NCBI GenBank assembly: GCA_026991575.1
Contig: JALXBF010000152.1
Location: 1-42,049 of the forward strand
Direction of reading: 5' to 3'
Source of the DNA: Planctomycetota bacterium
GTDB lineage: Bacteria; Planctomycetota; Planctomycetia; JALXBF01
DNA length: 42,049 bases
In this document: one piece after another, positions 27,654 through 34,618 of the stretch
Position numbering within the stretch: the first letter of the stretch is position 1
Layout: each line of letters starts with the position of its first letter
Notes under the pieces: generated by a model
What the model was told of the DNA's origin: nothing
Databases searched by the model: none
The model's input: only the letters and a program-made list of their open reading frames with translations
Translations under genes and position numbers: made by a program

Positions 27654-28602
27654 TTGCTGGGGCGATCGGATTCAGCACGGTGACTGTGTCCATGTGTTCG
27701 GCCTCAGTCACGCGGCGTTGGAGCTGGCTCGGATCGCGCGCTGCCGCGGAGCCGTCCTTGTTGTCTCGCCGATTCTTTGGTATCACCTCCGCAGCCTCTG
27801 GGGAACGGAGCGGAGCTGGGCCGGGCGGTGGAAACTCCTGGCCGGGTTTGCCGCGCGTTACTGTCGGCTCCATCCGGCCGACTGGAAGCGCGAGCTGCTC
27901 AGCCTGGCCGACATCGTCCTGCCCAACTCGGCCGCCGAAGCCGAGCAGCTCGTTCGCTGGTTCGGCGTGCCGCGGGACCGAATCCGTGTGATCCCCAATG
28001 GGGTTGACCCAAGCTGGCTGGACCGAGAGCGAACGTCCTCACCCGGGGACCGCGACCTGATGCTCTGCGTCGGGCGGATTGAACCGCGCAAGAATCAGCT
28101 AGCCGTGATTCAGGCGGCCAACGCGTTGGGCGTGCCGCTGGTGATCGTCGGCGGTGAGCATCCGGTGTACGCCGACTATGCCGAGACGTGCCGGCAACTG
28201 GCAGGTCCGAACGTGCGGTTCGCAGGGCCGCTGACGCACCGGGGGCCGGCCTTGGCGCGGCTCTTTTGGCGCGCACGGGCTGTGGTCCTTGCCAGCTGGT
28301 TTGAAACACCCGGCCTGGCTGCTCTCGAAGGGGCGGCTGCGGGAGCTAACGTCGTCATAACCTGCTACGGCAGCACGCGCGAGTATTTCGCTGAGCTGGC
28401 TTACTACGTGCGCCCCCAGTCGCTGAGATCGATTTGCGATGCGCTCTGGCAGGCGTGGCATGTACAACCGCCAGCCGAGCTCATGGTGCGGGTGCGGACC
28501 CGTTATCGGTGGGCGCGGATCGGCCGCCAGCTGGCGGATCTCTATGACGAACTGCTTCTGGAACGAGCCGGCGTGAGGCTGGACCGAACCCGGGCAGCTT
28601 GA
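27529..28602 (+). CDS. Glycosyltransferase family 4
   Basis: GGGEVQ, VIPNGVD, VGRIEPRKNQ, SWFETPGLAALEG (EX7E). Confidence 0.9.
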   Translation: MAGTVFYFASPASLQAPGGGEVQLFESARHARRAGAPVVLLDCWGDRIQHGDCVHVFGLSHAALELARIARCRGAVLVVSPILWYHLRSLWGTERSWAGRWKLLAGFAARYCRLHPADWKRELLSLADIVLPNSAAEAEQLVRWFGVPRDRIRVIPNGVDPSWLDRERTSSPGDRDLMLCVGRIEPRKNQLAVIQAANALGVPLVIVGGEHPVYADYAETCRQLAGPNVRFAGPLTHRGPALARLFWRARAVVLASWFETPGLAALEGAAAGANVVITCYGSTREYFAELAYYVRPQSLRSICDALWQAWHVQPPAELMVRVRTRYRWARIGRQLADLYDELLLERAGVRLDRTRAA

Positions 28603-28618
28603 GCAAGGACGTGCGACG

Positions 28619-29848
28619 ATGGCAACACAACAGAGGCAAACTCAGCGGCGTTATCGCTACGTCAAGCTGCGGTGGAAGCTACTGTTTCAGACATTCGACT
28701 GGGTCACGCATCTGCTGCCGTCCCGACTCCGCGCTTTGCCCGTGACCCGCTTCGCCGCGTGGCCCCCCGAACGACTGTTGCTCGTGCAGCTGGACCACAT
28801 CGGTGATGCCGTGCTGAGCACCGGGATTCCTGCGGCAATCAAGCAGAAGTTCCCCAACTGTCAGATCGACGTGCTCTGCAGTCACTGGACGGCCGAGCTG
28901 TTCGAGGCCCTGCCGGAGGTGGCTGAATGCCTTGTGTCGCGCCGCAACTGGCAAGGACGAACGCGGCAAGAGTTCGTGGTTTGGTCCGAGCTGGCTCGGA
29001 TCGTGCGCTTGATCCGCGATCGACGCTACGACGTGGCCATCGACATCCGGGGCGACTTCCCGGCACTGCTGGCCCTCTGGCTGGCGGGCGTGCCGTGGCG
29101 GATTGGATGGGATTGTGCAGGGGGAGCCGCACTTCTGACCACCGTCGCTCGCTGGCAACCGGGCCGTCACGAACTGCAAAGCCGCCGCGAACTGCTCAGG
29201 AAACTCGACATCGAAGCCCAGATCCTGCCGCGGATCCGTCCCCAGCCAGAGCACCATCGCCGGGTCCAGCAATGGTTGCGGGTGATCAACGCCATGCGAC
29301 CGCTGATCGCCGTGCACGTCGGTGCCGGTACGCCTGCCAAACGCTGGCCCACGGTCTATTTCCACGAACTCATCTGCCAGCTGCGCGATCGCGAGGCTGC
29401 TACGTGCATCCTCGTCGGTGGTCAGGAGGATCGGCACACGGCACACAGCCTGGACCGGCTGGGCACGCCCGCCTGCAACTGGGTGGGCCGACTGTCACTG
29501 CTGGAACTTGCAGCCCTGTGTCAGCAGGTCGACGTGTTCATCGGACCGGACTCCGGGCCTGCCCACATTGCTGCTGCCTGTGGCGCGCGAACCATTGTGC
29601 TCTTCAGCGGCACCAACCAACCATCGCAGTGGGCACCCGTGGGCCCATATGTCGTCCCCCTGCGATACCAGACGCCGTGTGCCCCATGCTGCCTGAAGAC
29701 ATGCTGCCAGCCTGGCCATCCCTGCATGGCGGGCATCACACCGGACACTGTCGTCCGGATCGTCAGCCGAGCACTTCATCGCCAGCGCCGATCGCAGCAC
29801 CCAGAACTGGTGACCGTCACAGCCAAGCTCAGAGGCGTCGCAGCATGA
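28619..29848 (+). CDS. Glycosyltransferase family 9 (ADP-heptose:LPS heptosyltransferase-like)
   Basis: QLDHIGD, HVGAGTPAKRWP, GPDSGPAHIAAA, LFS.T....W.P and C-terminal CAPC...C..HPCM. Confidence 0.9.
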   Translation: MATQQRQTQRRYRYVKLRWKLLFQTFDWVTHLLPSRLRALPVTRFAAWPPERLLLVQLDHIGDAVLSTGIPAAIKQKFPNCQIDVLCSHWTAELFEALPEVAECLVSRRNWQGRTRQEFVVWSELARIVRLIRDRRYDVAIDIRGDFPALLALWLAGVPWRIGWDCAGGAALLTTVARWQPGRHELQSRRELLRKLDIEAQILPRIRPQPEHHRRVQQWLRVINAMRPLIAVHVGAGTPAKRWPTVYFHELICQLRDREAATCILVGGQEDRHTAHSLDRLGTPACNWVGRLSLLELAALCQQVDVFIGPDSGPAHIAAACGARTIVLFSGTNQPSQWAPVGPYVVPLRYQTPCAPCCLKTCCQPGHPCMAGITPDTVVRIVSRALHRQRRSQHPELVTVTAKLRGVAA

Positions 29849-30057
29849 CCGGACCGCTCATCACCCGTCCGCGCGACAGGTATTCAGCGGACGATCTGGC
29901 CTTCACGCACCGTCACCGACACCAGGGTCGATCGCGGTGGGTCAACGGCAAGCCAGCTGGCGCAACGGTGTGCCGGTACTTGCTGGCAACCTGGGTCCTG
30001 GTCGTCTCGGCTGCCTACGCCGCCCGTCTCTGCTGGAAGTATCTGCTCAGCCACTAG
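29845..30057 (+). CDS. Small 70-aa single-TM protein of unknown function
   Basis: ATGA overlap with the GT9 stop, GAGG upstream, hydrophobic C-terminus YLLATWVLVVSAAYAA; ends 11 nt before the next ATG. Confidence 0.55.
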   Translation: MTGPLITRPRDRYSADDLAFTHRHRHQGRSRWVNGKPAGATVCRYLLATWVLVVSAAYAARLCWKYLLSH

Positions 30058-30068
30058 GGTCGGCTGCC

Positions 30069-32267
30069 ATGGAATCACTGGCCCAAGCCGCACTTGTCTG
30101 GGCAATTACAACGGCGGCCGCATTCGGCGCGGGCGCTGTCACAGCTGCTGTGCTGAAGTCGCGTACGGCGACTGTGGCGGGTGCGCTCAGCCAGCGGCTG
30201 GCGCTGGGCTACGGCGCGCTTGGGACGGCGCTTTTCTGGCTGGGGGTCGCGCACCGCCTGGGACCGGAGCCCATTGGGTGTCTGCTTGGGGCTGGCGTCG
30301 TGGCTGCGGCGATCACGGCCGGGTCAACAATTTGGCGGTGGCACCGCGCCGGCCTTCGCTTGCCTGCCCCCCGCTGCCGCCAACGGCGACCGGCTGCCAT
30401 CGCCGCCTGGGGTGGCGTGGCTGTGATACTTGTCGCCGCCCTGCCACGGGCGCTTGGCCCTGAAACCGAAGGCGATGCCCTCTGTTACCATATCGAACTG
30501 CCCAAGCAGTTCGTCCGGCTCGGTCGGCTGGCCTTCATGCCCTGGACCGATCAGTCGCTCTTCCCGGCGCTGACAGACCTCTGCTTCTCGGTGCCATTGG
30601 CTTTGTTGGATGGCTCTCCGCTGCTTCGGCTGTTCCCCTTCACTTGGGGGGTTGCCCTGGTGCTGGCCGTCGCTGAGTTGGCCGCTACTACCGGTTACCG
30701 ACCGCACGCGGCACTGGCAGCGCTGCTGATCGCCTCGGCCCCAATTGTCACCAACCACGCAACTGTGGCGTACAACGACCTGCCCGTCGCGCTGTTCGGA
30801 ACCTGGGCTCTCATATGGCTCATACGGTGGATGCATTGTCCCACGGTCTGCCATGCTGTCCTAGCCGGTTTGTTTCTCGGTTTCGCAGCGGCGACGAAGC
30901 TTACCGGGTTGGCCTGGGCACTGTGCCTGTGCGCGACGGCCATCGCCGTCACTGCCGCATCTCGGCAGCTCGCGTGCCGACGGCGTGCCCTTGGGCTGGT
31001 AGCCGCCCTGACCGTTGCTCTGCTCGTAGCAGGGCCGTGGTACGCAAGGGCCTGGTACCACACCGGCAACCCGTTCCATCCCTACTTTGCTTCCCTGTTT
31101 CCCTCCGCAGCGAACATCCACGATTGGCGACCCGTCAAGCCGCTACCCGTGTCGCTAACCAACCCTCAGATCCTGGCCCTGCCCCTGCTGGCGACTCTCT
31201 TCCCGGAGCGCTTTGGAGGCGCCGGCCAGCAATGGGGCGTGGTGTTCCTGGCGTTCTTGCCCGCTGCACTGCTGATTGCCGCCCGCCGGCGTGGAGGCCG
31301 CCTCGCGCTGGCAGCCGCCGTGCTGTACACCATCTTGTGGCTCGCAGCAAAGCAGAATCTACGATTCCTGCTACCGGTGCTTCCTATCGCAGTGCTCTGG
31401 TGCGTGGCCGGTCTGGATTGGTTGAGAAGCACGAATCACCCGCTCGCGCGCGCCGCGATCACGGGCGTGCTTGTCGTGCAGTTGGCTGCCGGGCTGGCCG
31501 CCCCGCTCCGTCGGTCGCTTCCGTACTGTGCCTTCCTGCTGGGCAGGCAATCGTTGGAGGAATTCCTCGCTACCCACGAGCCCACGTACCGCGTGGCCAC
31601 GTGGCTAGCGGCTCGTGTGCCGCCTGGCATGCCGGTCCTGACACAGGAGCACCGCTTGTTCTACTTTGACCGACCGCTCGTGCGGGAAGATGCGCTAAGG
31701 CGTTGGCTGGGGTACGACTCGAGCAGTCCGGCATTGCTGGCTGCCCTTGAGTCGCTGGGCTTTCGTTACATTCTGCTTGCGCGCTCGCTGAACCACGAGG
31801 TGGCCCGGTACGACCAGTCGCTGAGGGAACGGCTGAGAAGAGCCGTTGACAGCTTCGAACCCATCGGCACAATGGCGTTTTGCAGTCCGGGGGGTGACCG
31901 GCGCGTCTACGAACTGTTCCGGTTCCGCGCTTCAATGGACGGGCGGCGGTCGTTTCTTCTGCGCCATCCCCGATGGCAACTGGTCAAGGACGGCTTGAGG
32001 TGGTTTGCTCATGGCTACGGTGGCCGGGCCGGCAGCGGTTCAGCAACGGCGTGCAGTCGATTGGCTGCAGCAGCGGAAGACACTTTACGCCAAGCTGGCG
32101 GCACCGCTTGTGAGGCGGTTGCTGACGCTGGTCGATCGCAATCCGAGCCATGCCACCTACGGGTGTTGCGACCGCCAGTACTGGCATTACCGCACGGCCG
32201 ACTTCGCCTGCGGCATGTACCAGGAAGCAGCCCTGGCTTTCGCGATGGCAGCGGAACAACTCGATGA
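30069..32267 (+). CDS. GT-C (ArnT/PMT-like) polytopic membrane glycosyltransferase
   Basis: Many TM helices, DALCYH loop, AYND, LGFAAATK.TG, PWYARAW..TGNPFHPY, RFLLP and a soluble C-terminal domain. Start at ATG 30069; the 3' end overlaps the next gene. Confidence 0.78.
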   Translation: MESLAQAALVWAITTAAAFGAGAVTAAVLKSRTATVAGALSQRLALGYGALGTALFWLGVAHRLGPEPIGCLLGAGVVAAAITAGSTIWRWHRAGLRLPAPRCRQRRPAAIAAWGGVAVILVAALPRALGPETEGDALCYHIELPKQFVRLGRLAFMPWTDQSLFPALTDLCFSVPLALLDGSPLLRLFPFTWGVALVLAVAELAATTGYRPHAALAALLIASAPIVTNHATVAYNDLPVALFGTWALIWLIRWMHCPTVCHAVLAGLFLGFAAATKLTGLAWALCLCATAIAVTAASRQLACRRRALGLVAALTVALLVAGPWYARAWYHTGNPFHPYFASLFPSAANIHDWRPVKPLPVSLTNPQILALPLLATLFPERFGGAGQQWGVVFLAFLPAALLIAARRRGGRLALAAAVLYTILWLAAKQNLRFLLPVLPIAVLWCVAGLDWLRSTNHPLARAAITGVLVVQLAAGLAAPLRRSLPYCAFLLGRQSLEEFLATHEPTYRVATWLAARVPPGMPVLTQEHRLFYFDRPLVREDALRRWLGYDSSSPALLAALESLGFRYILLARSLNHEVARYDQSLRERLRRAVDSFEPIGTMAFCSPGGDRRVYELFRFRASMDGRRSFLLRHPRWQLVKDGLRWFAHGYGGRAGSGSATACSRLAAAAEDTLRQAGGTACEAVADAGRSQSEPCHLRVLRPPVLALPHGRLRLRHVPGSSPGFRDGSGTTR

Positions 32268-33660
32268 GTTGGCCCTGCCAGCGACGTTTGGCAACGCTCG
32301 CCTCAAGCAACTGGCGGTCGCCGCTGCGCGCTTCGCCGCCCGGTGCGCGCACCGCAACGGCGCCCTGGACGACTACTACCCCTATGAGCAGGCGGTGGGC
32401 GCAACTGCCTTCGCGCTGCGAGCGGCCATCGAGACGGCTAAAGCACTCAAGCTGACCGATCCAGAGCTTCGCGACTGGGTTCGCCGCGCTGCTCTGTGGC
32501 TGGGGCATTTCGACGAGAGCGGCCGGCTGGCAAACCACCAGGCGCTCGTGGCGCTAACGCTGTTCCGAGCCGGCCGCTGGCTGACGCAGCACGCTCTGAT
32601 CGAGCAGGCACGCCGGCGTCTGCACCGGCTGCTGTCCTGGCAAACGCCGGAGGGGTGGTTCCCCGAGTACGATGGTTGCGACCCGGGCTATCACACGGTG
32701 CTGATTGCCTTCCTGGCAGAGCTGTGGCGAAGCAGCGGCTGGACCGAACTGGCAGAGCCGCTCAGGCGGGCCGTCGAGTTCGCGGTCGCGATTCAGCATC
32801 CGGACGGGACGATAGGCGGTGAGCACGGCAGCCGAAACACGTACCACTGCTACGTTCATGGGTTCGAGCTACTGGCATCGTGTTGGCCTGCCGCTCGATT
32901 GTTCCTGGCACGTGCCGGTCACGCACTGGCTACCGAGATCCAGCCTCCTTTGGACGACGACCGCATGGTGGCACATTACGGCGTTGACCTGTTGCTGGCC
33001 CGCCGCGATGCGTCAGCCGTGCCCCCACCGGACGAGCCGCCAAGCACGGCGAAGGTGTGGTTTCCGCTTGCTGGGATCGCCATCCGGCGACTCGGCGGCT
33101 GTTGCTGGATCGTCGGCACGCTGAAGGGGGGTAGCTTTCGCCTGTATCAGAACGCGGAGCTTCGTGCGGTGGATACCGGTCTGGTCGCCGAACTGCCCGA
33201 CGGAACCCTGGCAGCAACGGCCGCCGTCCCGCCCGAACGGATTGCCGTAACGGAGGATGGCATTGAGCTCAGCGGCCGCTTCGGGCTGGTCAGGCACGAG
33301 GTCCTGACACCGGGCAAACAGGTCCTGTTCCGGGCCGTCACGTTCAGCGTGGGCCGGTTCTGGCCGAACGTGGTCCGACGTTTCCTTCAGCGGAAGGCCA
33401 TCACCGGCAGTCGCCCCGTTGGTCTCCGTTACGTTCGCCGAATCCGCTGGGAGCCGGAAGCCACGGTCTGCGATGAGGTGTGGCTGGACGGGGGGCCGGT
33501 CCCGCGGCGACTGTGGCTGGCCACGGACGCGACCTTTCGCTATGTCGCGGCGAGCAACACGTTTCAACCCGGGGCGATGGCTCCGTGGACCGAGTTGGCG
33601 CAGGCGGCAGAGAAGCTAAGGACTGGTAGCACGGTCGTGGTATCGAGGGCCTACACATGA
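32011..33660 (+). CDS. Uncharacterised (alpha/alpha)-barrel-like protein in a glycan operon
   Basis: Helical repeats with Q..EGWFPEYDGCDPGYH, HRNGALDDYYPYE, HPDGTIGGEHGSRNT; GAGGTGG RBS; ATGA coupling to the next gene. Confidence 0.7.
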   Translation: MATVAGPAAVQQRRAVDWLQQRKTLYAKLAAPLVRRLLTLVDRNPSHATYGCCDRQYWHYRTADFACGMYQEAALAFAMAAEQLDELALPATFGNARLKQLAVAAARFAARCAHRNGALDDYYPYEQAVGATAFALRAAIETAKALKLTDPELRDWVRRAALWLGHFDESGRLANHQALVALTLFRAGRWLTQHALIEQARRRLHRLLSWQTPEGWFPEYDGCDPGYHTVLIAFLAELWRSSGWTELAEPLRRAVEFAVAIQHPDGTIGGEHGSRNTYHCYVHGFELLASCWPAARLFLARAGHALATEIQPPLDDDRMVAHYGVDLLLARRDASAVPPPDEPPSTAKVWFPLAGIAIRRLGGCCWIVGTLKGGSFRLYQNAELRAVDTGLVAELPDGTLAATAAVPPERIAVTEDGIELSGRFGLVRHEVLTPGKQVLFRAVTFSVGRFWPNVVRRFLQRKAITGSRPVGLRYVRRIRWEPEATVCDEVWLDGGPVPRRLWLATDATFRYVAASNTFQPGAMAPWTELAQAAEKLRTGSTVVVSRAYT

Positions 33661-34574
33661 CGCGAACGATCGTGCGCTGGGGTGTGGCCGCGGGGCTACT
33701 GGTCTGGTTCTGGCACCATGTCGACTGGCCAGCCCTCGCCGACGTGGTCGCATCGAGCCGGCACGCCTGGTTCCTGGTCGCTCTGGCTCTGTTCGTTCCC
33801 CAGTGGCTGATCGCAGCCGCGAGGTGGCACGCGATCGTGGCCGGATATGTGGACACTAGCTATCGGCGTGCACTCGATTCGGTCATGGCCGCCAACGCGG
33901 CAAACCTGCTTCTGCCAGCCAAGCTGGGCGACCTGATCAAAGCGGCCTACTGCGGAGTACGGTCCGGTGCAACGGCCGTGAGCTTACCGATCGCCGAGCG
34001 CCTCTTTGACGTTGGGCTGCTTGGTGCCGTTGCGGCAGCGGCCGCCTGCTGGCGGCTGGCCGACCATGCACCGGTGCTGGCAGCCGTGGCCGGCAGCGCC
34101 GGGCCGATCGCGGCAGCGGTGTGTTGGCTCCGGTGGCGGCGACCATTGGCGGAGCAGTTGGTGCGAGTGGCAGGCCCCAAAGCTGGGCAAGCGCTGCGAC
34201 CTGTAATCGATGGCTCAAGCCGCGTGTTGCTCTGGACGACTGCGCTCTGGACCCTGCACGGCGTGCAGGTCTGGTGTTTCTTTCGGGCCGCAGGCGCTGC
34301 CCCTGGCTTGGCCGAGAGTCTGACCGGGATTCCGCTCCTCTTTCTGGCTGCCGCCGTACCGCTGGCACCGTGGGGACTGGGTAGCCGCGAGGTGGTGCTG
34401 GCACTACTATTCGGCCGAACGGCGACACAGGAACAGCTTGCGATTGTCGCGGTGATGTTCCTGCTGCGCTATCTCGTCCCCGGCTTGGTAGGTATTCCGG
34501 CCATTGGGCGGTACCAGGGCTGGCCGCGTCCGGCCAGGGGGTGGCCGGAGCGTCTGGCTCACGGTGCCGGCTAA
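33657..34574 (+). CDS. Lysylphosphatidylglycerol-synthase TM / flippase-like protein (UPF0104)
   Basis: RW, ANLLLPAKLGDLIK, ERLFD, PLAPWGLGSRE motifs; about 8 TM helices. Confidence 0.85.
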   Translation: MTRTIVRWGVAAGLLVWFWHHVDWPALADVVASSRHAWFLVALALFVPQWLIAAARWHAIVAGYVDTSYRRALDSVMAANAANLLLPAKLGDLIKAAYCGVRSGATAVSLPIAERLFDVGLLGAVAAAAACWRLADHAPVLAAVAGSAGPIAAAVCWLRWRRPLAEQLVRVAGPKAGQALRPVIDGSSRVLLWTTALWTLHGVQVWCFFRAAGAAPGLAESLTGIPLLFLAAAVPLAPWGLGSREVVLALLFGRTATQEQLAIVAVMFLLRYLVPGLVGIPAIGRYQGWPRPARGWPERLAHGAG

Positions 34575-34618
34575 CCATGCAGCCCATGATCATCCAACGG
34601 ACCGACTCGCACCCGCGA

